From: Bacilli bacterium
GTDB lineage: Bacteria; Bacillota_I; Bacilli_A; RFN20; CAG-826
Length of the DNA stretch: 64,000 nt
Reading direction: 5' to 3'
NCBI GenBank assembly: GCA_041654095.1
Contig: JBAZED010000001.1
Span: 117,632-181,631, forward strand
A program made the translations under genes and the position numbers. Of the stretch, positions 30,654 through 40,212 are shown piece after piece. Below the pieces are notes generated by a model that worked only from the letters and a program-made list of their open reading frames with translations, searched no databases and was not told the origin of the DNA. Each line of letters starts with the position of its first letter. Position 1 is the first letter of the stretch.

Positions 30654-31607
30654 TTATTGTCGAGGTGCCAAGGCACTTTTTTTATTGGCGAAGATGGCGG
30701 CGAAAGCCTGGGGCTGGGAGACGAGGCTGACGGCGATGATGACGAGGAGCGTCACTAAGGGCGTGACGTCTTGATTCGACCGCAATGTCGAGCCGAGGGT
30801 TTGAAAGACGTAGAAGCCGAAGCTGATCGCTCCCAAATAGTTGAAGAGAGGAAACGAAAATTCGATCTGGAAGAGAAGGTAAATTGCCAAGGCAAAAAGG
30901 GCGAGGAGAATTACTTCTTTAAATGGAAAGATCGGCCAAAACGAAACGACTAAGACGATCGCGAACGAAGCGTAAGCGAGGATGCTTTTGAGAATTGGCT
31001 TGTGGATTTTGGGAAGATGAGTCAGAGCGTAGCCGATGAAAACGCCGCCGATGCCGCGCAATGGATAGCCGAGGATCGACCACAAATTCGTGAAGTAGAT
31101 GTTATATCCACCTTGGGGATACGGCGTGTAGACGGGGGGAAGTGCGAAGAAATAGCTGTAACCGGCTATGGCGACCGCCAATAAGATGGCGAGCAGGATT
31201 TTCTTGTTCTTAAGATAAGTGACGAGCAAATACATGATGATCTGGGCGATGATCTCGACGGGGATAAACCACAAGTAGCCGACGAGCCAGCCGATGTGCT
31301 GCATCGTGATGGTGTTGTAAAGGGCGAACAGGAGGGATATCAAAAACGGCAGCCCGAGCCGTTGGAGCCGCCGGCCGAGAAAGTTCCAAAAAGGATGATT
31401 CGATTTCGAGGATTGACTCTTGGCATAAGAGGAAGCGAATAGGTAGCCGCCGAGCATAAGAAAAAAGTCGACCGCAACGCAGGTGACACCCATATCGAGA
31501 AGATTGGTCGCAAAGGGCATGAAACCATGAAAGATCAAGACGGAACACGCCATTACGAAACGCAGCAATTCGATGAGGCTATTGCGGCCAGATGCTTTTT
31601 TTTCCAT
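30654..31607 (-). CDS. Acyltransferase family 3 (OatA-like) integral membrane O-acyltransferase
   Basis: 317 aa; ~10 TM helices; N-terminal motif LIELLRFVMACSVLIFHG typical of Acyl_transf_3. Confidence 0.78.
   Translation of the reverse strand: MEKKASGRNSLIELLRFVMACSVLIFHGFMPFATNLLDMGVTCVAVDFFLMLGGYLFASSYAKSQSSKSNHPFWNFLGRRLQRLGLPFLISLLFALYNTITMQHIGWLVGYLWFIPVEIIAQIIMYLLVTYLKNKKILLAILLAVAIAGYSYFFALPPVYTPYPQGGYNIYFTNLWSILGYPLRGIGGVFIGYALTHLPKIHKPILKSILAYASFAIVLVVSFWPIFPFKEVILLALFALAIYLLFQIEFSFPLFNYLGAISFGFYVFQTLGSTLRSNQDVTPLVTLLVIIAVSLVSQPQAFAAIFANKKSALAPRQ
30664..30684 (+). terminator. terminator of engB (lies inside the 3' end of the convergent acyltransferase ORF)
   Basis: ggtgcc-aa-ggcac followed by TTTTTTTATT. 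Confidence 0.5.
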
Positions 31608-31809
31608 GTGCGCTCATTATAGCAAAAAGAATGATGGCGTCGATATTTAAAAATAGGCGTTAACTTAGAAAAAAGGTAATTTTTGTCTTCGTTCAACAGG
31701 CTCGCTACTAGTATTCGAATAATCTTATTTTGTTAATTCGATATGGCGTTTTCGTGCGATTGACAAAAGAAGATGACGCGTGAAAAGCCCAATCAATTCT
31801 CGTCTTTCC

Positions 31810-31838
31810 TTGTTATCAATTTGAAAAATCACTATAAT
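31810..31838 (+). promoter_or_regulatory. sigma-A promoter of the valS leader
   Basis: TTGTTA - 17 nt - TATAAT. Confidence 0.65.
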
Positions 31839-31844
31839 GTGATT

Positions 31845-32055
31845 ATTCCGTCGACGAGGAGTGCTTAGCCTCTTTATTCATAGAGATTCATCGCTTGGTG
31901 CAAAGATGAAAATAGCGAGATTAGGTTGTCGCCCCTGAGGAAGAATAGGAATATTCCGCCGCCCACGTTACGGGTCTTGAGATGCATATCAATAGATATG
32001 AATTAAGGTGGTACCGCGCATCCTGCGTCCTTATGTGGACGCTTTTATTTTTTTA
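31845..32055 (+). promoter_or_regulatory. T-box riboswitch leader of valS
   Basis: T-box AAUUAAGGUGGUACCGCG (32001-32018); terminator gcgtcc-uuaugu-ggacgc (32025-32042) plus U-run; AGGAGG RBS and ATG 32067 follow. Confidence 0.82.
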
Positions 32056-32066
32056 GGAGGAAGGAT

Positions 32067-34655
32067 ATGGCCCTTGAGAAACGCTATGACCCCCAAAAGG
32101 TCGAAGAAGGAAAGTACGAGCATTGGAAAAACCAAGGCTACTTTAAATCGGGCGATAAGAGCAAATTGCCCTTTTCGCTCGTGATTCCGCCCCCCAACGT
32201 CACCGGTCGCCTGCACTTGGGCCACGCCTGGAACAACACCATTCAAGATGTGATCGCCCGCTATAAAAAAGCGCGCGGTTACGATGTTTTATGGCTCCCC
32301 GGCACGGATCACGCCGGCATCGCCACCCAAGCCAAAGTCGAAGAGTTGCTCCGCTCTGAAGGTAAGGACAAATATCGGCTCGGCCGCGACAGATTCCTGA
32401 CTGAGATGTGGAAGTGGAAGGAACAATATGCCCTTTCAATTCACGAGCAGTGGGCGAAGCTCGGCCTGGCCCTCGATTACGAAAAAGAACGCTTTACGCT
32501 CGATGCGAATCTCGATTTAGCCGTCCGCACCGTTTTCAAAACGCTTTGCGATAAAGGGCTCATCTATCGCGGCGAACGCATCATCAATGTCGATCCTGAA
32601 CTGCGCACCGCCCTCTCGAATATCGAAGTCGTCCATAAGGACGTCAAAGGCGACTTCTTCTATTTCCGCTATCCGATAATCGATAGCGAGGAATCGCTAG
32701 TCATCGCGACGACGCGGCCCGAGACGATGTTCGGCGACGTCGCCGTCTTCGTCAACCCAAACGATCAGCGCTTCGCTCATCTCGTCGGTCGCTATGTCGT
32801 CAATCCGGCCGATGGCCGGCCCTTGCCCATCATGGCCGATTCCTATGTCGACAAAGATTTCGGCACTGGGGTCATGAAGTGCACACCGGCTCACGATCCA
32901 AACGATTTCCTCCTCTCCGAAAAATATCATCTGCCGAAGCCGATCTGCATGAACATCGATGCGACGATGAATGACAAGGCCGGTAAATACCGCGGTCTCG
33001 ATCGCTATGTTTGCCGCGCTAAATTGCTTGAGGAAATCAAGGGCAAAGGCCTCTATGCCAAAACCGAGAAAATCACCCATTCAGTCGGGCACAGCGAAAG
33101 GACCAACGCCGTCGTCGAACCATATCTCAGCAAACAGTGGTTCGTGAAGATGCGCCCCCTCGCCGAACGAGCCCTGCGCGACAGCACCGTCGAATTCATC
33201 CCCAAACGCTTTCAGAAAATATTCAAAAACTGGATGGAAAGCGCTGAGGATTGGTGCATTTCGCGGCAGTTGTGGTGGGGGCATCGCATCCCCGTCTACT
33301 ATCACGTGAAGACAGGCGAAGCCGTCGTTGCTATCGACCCGCCGAAAAACCTCGGCGAATACAAGCAGGACGAAGACGTTCTCGACACGTGGTTTTCCTC
33401 AGCTTTATGGCCGTTTGCAACCTTAGGCTGGCCGACTAAAACCGACGACCTTGCCCGCTATTACCCGAACTCGGTCATGGTCACGGCGTATGACATCATC
33501 TTCTTCTGGGTCAGCCGCATGATTTTCCAAGGTCTGGAGTTCACGGACCAATCGCCGTTTGAAAAATGCGTTATTCACGGTTTGATCCGCGATGCGAAAG
33601 GTCGGAAAATGTCCAAGTCTTTGGGCAACGGCATCGATCCAATCGATGTCATCGATCGTCACGGCGTCGATGCTCTACGCTATTTTTTGATGAGCAATAC
33701 CGCGCCCGGTCAAGACACGCGCTACATTGAGGAAAAAGTCGTTTCCGGAAGCAATTTCCTCAATAAAATTTGGAATTCGGCGCGCTATGTTCTATCGATT
33801 CTCGGCGACGATTTTGCACCTCGCCACATCGACGTCAAGGAACTCCATCCTCTTGAGTTGGACATCCTTCACAAGCTCGAAAAAACGATTTCAACTGTCA
33901 CGCGGAATATGGATAAGTATCAGTTTGCAATGGCTCTAAAAAATCTCTATGGTTTCGTCTACGACGATTTCTGCTCGCGCTTTTTAGAGATGTCAAAGGT
34001 GACGTTGGCCCTTAACGACGCAAAGCGCAGCGAAACGGCGAAGCAAGTTCTCTACGCCATATTGAAAGACATCATCATCATGATCGCTCCATACACGCCT
34101 TTTATCGCTGAGGAATTGTACTTGTCGCTCCCCGAGCACCAAGCGTCGGTCATGTTCGAAAAATACCCGGTGGCCCGGAAGATCAAAATCGCTAAAAACG
34201 ATCGCGATGCGGTCCACGAACTATATTCGGCCATTCAGGACATCCGCAATTACAAAGTGGAGAGAAATTTAGCTCCCAATCATCAAATTATGCTTAGAAT
34301 CCGCGCAAATGATGAGCCTTTTGCTAATTTTAGCAACTATTTATCGCGATTCGCTTTTGCCAAAAACATCGAGCTTTGCACCGAAATTCAGATTGATCAA
34401 GGCGAAATTTCCTTTTTCTATTCGCAATTCGATCTCACGATTGAAGAGGAGATCAACAAGGCGGAATTATTGGAAAAGCTGTCCAAGGAAAAAGCAAAAC
34501 TGGAGTACGAAATCAATCGTTCGGATGCCATGCTTTCCAACGAGCGGTTCCTCGCAAAAGCCCCAGGGGACAAAGTGCTGTTAGAGAAGGAAAAACATTC
34601 AAAGAACAAGGAATTATTGGCCTCTATCATCAAAAAAATAGCCGCTCTTAAATAA
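32067..34655 (+). CDS. valS: Valyl-tRNA synthetase
   Basis: 862 aa; HIGH-type (PPNVTGRLHLGHAW) and KMSKS motifs; C-terminal coiled coil. Confidence 0.95.
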   Translation: MALEKRYDPQKVEEGKYEHWKNQGYFKSGDKSKLPFSLVIPPPNVTGRLHLGHAWNNTIQDVIARYKKARGYDVLWLPGTDHAGIATQAKVEELLRSEGKDKYRLGRDRFLTEMWKWKEQYALSIHEQWAKLGLALDYEKERFTLDANLDLAVRTVFKTLCDKGLIYRGERIINVDPELRTALSNIEVVHKDVKGDFFYFRYPIIDSEESLVIATTRPETMFGDVAVFVNPNDQRFAHLVGRYVVNPADGRPLPIMADSYVDKDFGTGVMKCTPAHDPNDFLLSEKYHLPKPICMNIDATMNDKAGKYRGLDRYVCRAKLLEEIKGKGLYAKTEKITHSVGHSERTNAVVEPYLSKQWFVKMRPLAERALRDSTVEFIPKRFQKIFKNWMESAEDWCISRQLWWGHRIPVYYHVKTGEAVVAIDPPKNLGEYKQDEDVLDTWFSSALWPFATLGWPTKTDDLARYYPNSVMVTAYDIIFFWVSRMIFQGLEFTDQSPFEKCVIHGLIRDAKGRKMSKSLGNGIDPIDVIDRHGVDALRYFLMSNTAPGQDTRYIEEKVVSGSNFLNKIWNSARYVLSILGDDFAPRHIDVKELHPLELDILHKLEKTISTVTRNMDKYQFAMALKNLYGFVYDDFCSRFLEMSKVTLALNDAKRSETAKQVLYAILKDIIIMIAPYTPFIAEELYLSLPEHQASVMFEKYPVARKIKIAKNDRDAVHELYSAIQDIRNYKVERNLAPNHQIMLRIRANDEPFANFSNYLSRFAFAKNIELCTEIQIDQGEISFFYSQFDLTIEEEINKAELLEKLSKEKAKLEYEINRSDAMLSNERFLAKAPGDKVLLEKEKHSKNKELLASIIKKIAALK

Positions 34656-34689
34656 TTTTTTATAGCGATTTTCGCAACTTTTAGCCTTT

Positions 34690-34721
34690 GGCCTCCTATA
34701 TATCAGTAGGAGGTCTTTTTT
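34690..34721 (+). terminator. valS terminator hairpin that also sequesters the SD of the downstream small ORF
   Basis: ggCCUCCUA-uauaucag-UAGGAGGuc (9 bp) followed by UUUUUU, then ATG at 34722; the 3' arm is the AGGAGG SD. Confidence 0.6.
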
Positions 34722-34904
34722 ATGAATCTACAAATCATGACTCTTGAAGAGATGGAAAACCACATCACCGGTGAAGCGATCACCCTTTCGGCGGTTATGG
34801 CCATCGCCGCCATCGCCATCGTGGCCGTCATCGTCTATCGCCTCTTCATGTCCGAGAAAGGATCGACAACTCTTCCCGGCGGTTTCAAGTTCGAGTGGAA
34901 ATAA
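34722..34904 (+). CDS. Small membrane protein, 60 aa (hypothetical)
   Basis: Perfect AGGAGG SD 8 nt upstream; one TM helix (AITLSAVMAIAAIAIVAVIVY); ends 3 nt before the radC TTG start. Confidence 0.35.
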   Translation: MNLQIMTLEEMENHITGEAITLSAVMAIAAIAIVAVIVYRLFMSEKGSTTLPGGFKFEWK

Positions 34905-34907
34905 TCT

Positions 34908-35597
34908 TTGGTCCGCATCAAAGACTTGCCGGAGTGGGAAAGGCCGCGCGAAAAAGCGCTGATGAATGGTTTTGGAGCGCTCTCCAACGTCGAAGTATTA
35001 GCGATTGTGATCGGCAGTGGTGTCAAGGACTATAGCGCCCTTGACATCGCCTCTTCATTAATCGCCAAAACCAAAGGCCTTCACCAGCTCAAGGAAGCGT
35101 CGTTTGACAAGATTTGCGACGTCTCGGGAATAAGCACGATCATGGCGCTCCGCCTCGGAGCCACTTTTGAACTCCTCCGCCGCGTCGAACAATCGCGATC
35201 GATGGATGGTGAAAGGCGCTTATCCGCACCAGATATATTTAAAAAATATAAAGATGAGATTGGTGATAGTCCTCAGGAGCATTTCATCATCATCTTTTTG
35301 TCGCGGCGCGGGGCGATCATCGGCGAGAATAAGATGTATAAAGGCACCGGCGATACCTTTCCGATTTCGATTCGGGAAATACTATCGGAAGTCCTCGCCA
35401 ATCGCTGCCTTTCCTTCACCATCGTCCATAATCATCCCAGCGGGGACATAAAGCCGAGCGACAATGATTTAATCGCGACGAAAGTGCTCGGCGATGAAGC
35501 GTCACGCCTCAAAATTCTCTTGCGCGACCACGTCATCATCGGCCGCGACGAATACTATTCTTTTGCCGAAAATCACCTCATAGATGAGAGGCGGTGA
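34908..35597 (+). CDS. radC: RadC/UPF0758 JAMM-family protein
   Basis: N-terminal HhH region (IKDLPEWERPREKAL) and C-terminal JAMM motif (HNHPSGD); TTG start. Confidence 0.85.
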   Translation: MVRIKDLPEWERPREKALMNGFGALSNVEVLAIVIGSGVKDYSALDIASSLIAKTKGLHQLKEASFDKICDVSGISTIMALRLGATFELLRRVEQSRSMDGERRLSAPDIFKKYKDEIGDSPQEHFIIIFLSRRGAIIGENKMYKGTGDTFPISIREILSEVLANRCLSFTIVHNHPSGDIKPSDNDLIATKVLGDEASRLKILLRDHVIIGRDEYYSFAENHLIDERR

Positions 35598-35641
35598 AAA
35601 GGCCGTTTGCCACCCTTTTCTTTAACATTAGTTAAAAACAG

Positions 35642-35670
35642 TTGTTACTCATTTTGAATGTGTTTATAAT
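35642..35670 (+). promoter_or_regulatory. sigma-A promoter of the rplU-prp-rpmA operon
   Basis: TTGTTA - 17 nt - TATAAT. Confidence 0.65.
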
Positions 35671-35677
35671 AATGTCG

Positions 35678-35781
35678 TTGTCGCCTCACAAGCTACAACC
35701 GCCTAGACAAGGTTCCCAACAAATCGTAACGATTGACCTCGATAGCGAGTCATTAGTGCAAATCAAAAGAGGAGGTAACCA
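35678..35781 (+). promoter_or_regulatory. 5' leader of rplU (possible L21-leader autoregulatory RNA)
   Basis: ~105-nt untranslated leader between the promoter and the GAGGAGG RBS, as found in Firmicutes; structure not verified. Confidence 0.3.
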
Positions 35782-36090
35782 ATGTACGCAATTATCGAAA
35801 CTGGTGGTAAGCAAGTCAAAGTTGAAGTCGGCCAAAAGGTCTATGTCGAAAAACTAGATGCCGCAGTCGACACAGCCTACACATTTGATAAAGTCTTACT
35901 CGTCAGCGATCAGCAAGCCAAAGTCGGTAACCCTTACGTCAAAGACGCAAGCGTTGTCGCCAAAGTTGTCAAACAAGGTCTTAGCAAAAAACTCAGAGTC
36001 TTCAAATACCGCAACAAGCACAATGAGCGCAAGACAATCGGCCATCGTCAGCCCTATACTTGTTTAGTCATCGAAGCCATTAACGGGTAA
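35782..36090 (+). CDS. rplU: 50S ribosomal protein L21
   Basis: [25 protein letters not shown] is the canonical L21 N-terminus. Confidence 0.95.
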   Translation: MYAIIETGGKQVKVEVGQKVYVEKLDAAVDTAYTFDKVLLVSDQQAKVGNPYVKDASVVAKVVKQGLSKKLRVFKYRNKHNERKTIGHRQPYTCLVIEAING

Positions 36091-36092
36091 TT

Positions 36093-36407
36093 ATGATTAA
36101 AGTCACGTACGAAACGGTCAATAGCCAGATCACGAGCTTGGAAGTCAAAGGCCATGCGCAAAGCGCAGAAGCCGGCGAAGATCTTGTGTGCAGCGCTGTC
36201 TCGGCGGTGACCTTCGGAGGCTTAAACGCCCTTCGCAACTCTTCCAAAACCCTGATTATCAAAGTTGAGGAAGGATATGTCTCAATCGCAAAAAGCGGTG
36301 CTGTTCTCCGAGAAGATGGAATCGTTTTAAAAACGATGATCACCCAACTCGAGACCATCGCTCGCGACTATTCAAAGTATGTTAAAATTACAAGAAAGGA
36401 AATGTAA
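36093..36407 (+). CDS. prp: Ribosomal-processing cysteine protease Prp (YsxB)
   Basis: 104 aa; catalytic Cys in [10 protein letters not shown]; sits between rplU and rpmA. Confidence 0.85.
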   Translation: MIKVTYETVNSQITSLEVKGHAQSAEAGEDLVCSAVSAVTFGGLNALRNSSKTLIIKVEEGYVSIAKSGAVLREDGIVLKTMITQLETIARDYSKYVKITRKEM

Positions 36408-36411
36408 AGCA

Positions 36412-36696
36412 ATGATTTATAAACTAAACCTGCAGTTCTTTGCTTCGAAAAAGGGCGTCGGTTCAACCAAAAACGGCCGCGATTCTCATTCCAAGCGGTT
36501 AGGCGCCAAAAAAGCCGATGGCGAATTCGCAACCGCCGGTTCGATTCTCTATCGTCAAAGAGGGACGAAAGTCTACCCTGGCAATAACGCGATGCGCGGC
36601 GGAGATGACACGGTGTTCGCCACCGTCGACGGCATCGTCAAATTCGAGCGGATCGGCAAAAATCGCAAACGCGTCAGCGTCTACGAAGTAAAGTAA
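36412..36696 (+). CDS. rpmA: 50S ribosomal protein L27 (with Prp-cleaved N-terminal propeptide)
   Basis: [10 protein letters not shown]|[15 protein letters not shown]: a Prp cleavage motif before the mature ASKKG N-terminus; start taken at ATG 36412 rather than the longer track ORF. Confidence 0.93.
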   Translation: MIYKLNLQFFASKKGVGSTKNGRDSHSKRLGAKKADGEFATAGSILYRQRGTKVYPGNNAMRGGDDTVFATVDGIVKFERIGKNRKRVSVYEVK

Positions 36697-36700
36697 ACTG

Positions 36701-36728
36701 AAAGACCACAAAAATGTGGTCTTTTTTA
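36701..36728 (+). terminator. rho-independent terminator
   Basis: agaccac-aaaaat-gtggtct followed by TTTTTT. Confidence 0.75.
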
Positions 36729-36751
36729 ATCAATTTTGATTAAATATATGT

Positions 36752-37480
36752 ATGGAAATCAAGAAACTATCAATCATCGTTCCCTGCTATAACGAAGGTA
36801 AAAAAATCCGCGCCAATCTCGAAAAAAAGATTTTACCCTTTTTAAAAGAGCGCAAAATTTTCTTTGAAGTCATCCTCGTCAATGATGGTTCAAAAGATAA
36901 TACCAAGGAGCTTTTTACGCACCTCATCTTAGAAAAAGTTCGCCCCCTCGGATACGATCAGAATCGCGGCAAAGGCGGAGCGGTCAAATACGGAATCGAA
37001 CAAGCCGACGGCGATTACATTTTGTTCATGGACGCCGATTTATCGACGGATTTAAAAGCTCTCGATTTGATCTATGAAGATGCGGACAATGCTGATTTCT
37101 ACATCGGTTCCCGCCACTTAAAAGATAGCGTCTTGACCAAAAAACAAGGATTCGTGCGGCGCTTTATCGGCAAGACGTGCCGCGTCATCGTCAACCATTC
37201 GTTTAAATTCCGCTTCAAGGATACGCAGTGCGGCTTTAAGGCCATCAAAACCGAATATGCCAAACAGATGGCAAAAAGGCAGATCATCAATGGATTCGCC
37301 TTTGATGTCGAATACATTTATATGGCGCGCCTCAACAATTTGAAAATCAAAGAGATTCCCGTCATATGGGAAAATGATGAGGACAGCAAGGTGAGCGCCG
37401 TTAAGAGCAGCGTGCGCTTTTTCAAGGATTTGCACACCATCAGAAAAAACAAAAATAATTACTTTTTTAGCAAGGACTAA
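36752..37480 (+). CDS. GT2-family glycosyltransferase (polyprenyl-phosphate sugar synthase / DPM1-like)
   Basis: IIVPCYNE, VILVNDGSKDNT and DADLS(T)D motifs typical of GT-A family 2. Confidence 0.82.
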   Translation: MEIKKLSIIVPCYNEGKKIRANLEKKILPFLKERKIFFEVILVNDGSKDNTKELFTHLILEKVRPLGYDQNRGKGGAVKYGIEQADGDYILFMDADLSTDLKALDLIYEDADNADFYIGSRHLKDSVLTKKQGFVRRFIGKTCRVIVNHSFKFRFKDTQCGFKAIKTEYAKQMAKRQIINGFAFDVEYIYMARLNNLKIKEIPVIWENDEDSKVSAVKSSVRFFKDLHTIRKNKNNYFFSKD

Positions 37481-37488
37481 GAACACAT

Positions 37489-38766
37489 ATGTTCATCGAT
37501 CGCGTTCAATTAACAGTCAAGTCGGGAAAAGGTGGAGATGGCCTCATCGCTTTTTTGCATGAGAAGTACATGCCCAAAGGCGGTCCGAGCGGCGGCAACG
37601 GCGGTCGCGGCGCATCGATCATCCTCAAAGCCTCGAGCTCGATCAACACGCTCTTCGGCCTCTATCACAAGCGGATAATTCGCGGCGAAGACGGCGCAAA
37701 AGGCGGAATCAAAAACCAATATGGGCGCGGCGCCAAAGACGTGATTATCGAGGTTCCGGTCGGGACCATCGTCTATGAAGAAACGACTCACAATTTTCTT
37801 TTCGATCTCAATGCTGAAGGCGTCGAGTTTGTGATTGCAAAAGGCGGTCGGGGCGGACGGGGTAATGCCGCATTTAAGAGTTCGCGCAACCGCGTCCCAC
37901 GCATCGCTGAAAATGGTGTCCCCGGAGAAGAAAAAACGATTGTTCTCGAATTGAAACTCCTCGCCGACGTCGGTTTGGTCGGACTTCCGAACGTCGGCAA
38001 ATCAACGCTTTTAAGCGTTGTGACCAACACCAATCCCATCATTGCCGATTACCCATTTACGACTATCACACCGAATCTCGGCGTCGTCAGCGTCGACGGA
38101 ACGACTTCTTTTGTGATGGCTGATTTGCCCGGTTTAATTGAGGGGGCCCATCTCGGCAAAGGCTTGGGCCAAACTTTCTTGCGCCACATCGAACGCTGTC
38201 GCGTCATCATCCACATGATCGAGATGGCCGGCGTCCGCAATCCTTATGAGGATTATTTGGCAATTAACGCCGAATTGGAAAAGTATGGCTATAATCTGAC
38301 AAGACGACCAACAATCGTGTGCGCGACAAAGATGGATGAAGAAGGATCTGAAGAACGCCTCCGGACGTTAGAGCGCAAATTGAACACGAGAGTCTATGGT
38401 ATCAGCGCCTTAACTCATGAAGGCTTAAAGGAATTGATGTTGGCGTGCAGCGATTTGCTCAGCAAAACACCGCAATTTCCAATCGTTTCAAAAGAAGGAA
38501 ACGTCGAGGCGGTTCGCGTTTATGACGCGTATAAAGACAGCGCCGGTGAATTCGATGTCGTTTTTGAAAAAGACGGCGTGTTTCGAATTGTTGGCGAAAG
38601 AGTCGAAAGAACTTATCATTTAATTAACCTCTCAACCGACGAAGGCCTTATGAAATTGATGACTTACTTGCGAAAAATCGGCGTCGAAGAGCGCCTTCAA
38701 AAAAGCGGAGCGCGCGATGGCGATACCGTCATCCTCTGCGATTTCGAATTCGAATACATCGAGTAA
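37489..38766 (+). CDS. obg: GTPase Obg
   Basis: Gly-rich Obg fold (GGNGGRG), G-domain GLPNVGKST, C-terminal OCT/TGS-like domain. Confidence 0.95.
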   Translation: MFIDRVQLTVKSGKGGDGLIAFLHEKYMPKGGPSGGNGGRGASIILKASSSINTLFGLYHKRIIRGEDGAKGGIKNQYGRGAKDVIIEVPVGTIVYEETTHNFLFDLNAEGVEFVIAKGGRGGRGNAAFKSSRNRVPRIAENGVPGEEKTIVLELKLLADVGLVGLPNVGKSTLLSVVTNTNPIIADYPFTTITPNLGVVSVDGTTSFVMADLPGLIEGAHLGKGLGQTFLRHIERCRVIIHMIEMAGVRNPYEDYLAINAELEKYGYNLTRRPTIVCATKMDEEGSEERLRTLERKLNTRVYGISALTHEGLKELMLACSDLLSKTPQFPIVSKEGNVEAVRVYDAYKDSAGEFDVVFEKDGVFRIVGERVERTYHLINLSTDEGLMKLMTYLRKIGVEERLQKSGARDGDTVILCDFEFEYIE

Positions 38767-38781
38767 AGGAGACTTGCAACG

Positions 38782-39519
38782 ATGAAACTATGCGCATATT
38801 TGTCCGAAATCGAAACCTTTCTTCAACAGTATTTAAGAGACGCGCACGCGTCTAGTTACGTTCTCGGCGTCTCCGGCGGCATCGATTCTGCGCTCGCCGC
38901 CTCCCTCGCTCGAAGAGCAGTTGGCAAAGAACACTTATTGGCTTTATTGATGCCGATTGATTCCGATGCATCAGATTTAAAAGACGGATTGGAATTATGC
39001 CAAAAACTCGATATCGCCTACCGAGTCATCGATCTTAGCGACGTTTATCACAGCTTGATCAGCAAGTTTAAATTTGCGGATGACGCCAGCGGCAAAATGG
39101 CGTGTAACAACACCAAAGTCCGCCTCCGTATGGTCACCCTTTACGCCTTTGCGCAGAGCCGCGGTTCGCTGGTTCTCGGAACTGATAACGCCGACGAAAT
39201 CCATGTTGGCTATTTCACCAAATACGGCGATGGTGCGGCCGATTTAGCCCCCATCGCCGAATTGACGAAAGGCGAAGTCTATGAAGCTTCGCGACTCTTG
39301 GGAGTTCCGACGAGCATCATCGAGAGAGTTCCGACGGCCGGCCTCTTCGCCGGTCAGACCGATGAAGGCGAATTGGGGATTACGTACGAACAGCTCGATT
39401 GTTATTTACTCGGTCGCCCCGTCGACGGCAAAGTGGCCGAGCGCATCAGCTATTTGCATCGCATCAGCGAGCATAAGCGCAGCCCGATTCCCCGCCCCAA
39501 AAAATATCTTCGCGACTGA
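38782..39519 (+). CDS. nadE: NH3-dependent NAD+ synthetase
   Basis: 245 aa; PP-loop SGGIDSAL. Confidence 0.9.
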   Translation: MKLCAYLSEIETFLQQYLRDAHASSYVLGVSGGIDSALAASLARRAVGKEHLLALLMPIDSDASDLKDGLELCQKLDIAYRVIDLSDVYHSLISKFKFADDASGKMACNNTKVRLRMVTLYAFAQSRGSLVLGTDNADEIHVGYFTKYGDGAADLAPIAELTKGEVYEASRLLGVPTSIIERVPTAGLFAGQTDEGELGITYEQLDCYLLGRPVDGKVAERISYLHRISEHKRSPIPRPKKYLRD

Positions 39520-39623
39520 TTTCTTATAGGCGCATATAGAGTTATTAAAATATTGTTTGTTTTTTTGTTGTGCAAATCGGTATAATACTTATAAATATTT
39601 CTCCGCACAAGGGGGTTTAACCT

Positions 39624-40112
39624 ATGAAAAAAATAGTTGTCTTCCTACCGCTTTTATTATTAGCACTCGCAGCGTGCAATCCGGTGACGGACTCCGGTTC
39701 GGGTTCTGGTTCGACATCCGATTCGAGTCCGAGCCTTTCTTCTTCGTCTTCTGAGGAAGTCGAATACACAGAATCGGCATCGTGGCCGGCTTCGGTAATC
39801 AGCACCTTTATCGGCAGTGCATCGACGGCCGTGGCGCCTTCTTTTACATCGCCTAATCCTTTTTATTACGCCGTGTTGACCGATGAAGATGGCTCTTATC
39901 TAGATATCTTGACTGAAATCAATGCGACGCAATCGGGAGATTACTTTGATGTCGAAGTTACTTACAATAGCGCGTTGACATCGGCCGGCTTTACGATTGA
40001 CAGCACTGATTATGCCGATTACGGCTTCTTTGCCTATGACGCATCTGAGACTCTGTTCATTCAATATTTCTGGTGGGATGGTTTCTTCAGCTGGTATATC
40101 TGGTCGGCGTAA
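39624..40112 (+). CDS. Small surface lipoprotein (162 aa)
   Basis: Lipobox LAAC|N and SGSGSGSTSDSS linker; N-terminus paralogous to the lipoprotein at 47819. Confidence 0.7.
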   Translation: MKKIVVFLPLLLLALAACNPVTDSGSGSGSTSDSSPSLSSSSSEEVEYTESASWPASVISTFIGSASTAVAPSFTSPNPFYYAVLTDEDGSYLDILTEINATQSGDYFDVEVTYNSALTSAGFTIDSTDYADYGFFAYDASETLFIQYFWWDGFFSWYIWSA

Positions 40113-40130
40113 GGGAAATAAATGATTTTT

Positions 40131-40155
40131 TAGGGTCCTTTTGGACCCTTTTTAA
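40131..40155 (+). terminator. rho-independent terminator
   Basis: gggtcc-tttt-ggaccc followed by TTTTT. Confidence 0.7.
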
Positions 40156-40212
40156 TTATTGACCCTTTAATATTATAGGAAGGTAATGTAAAATTAATCT
40201 ATTAGGACAAGC

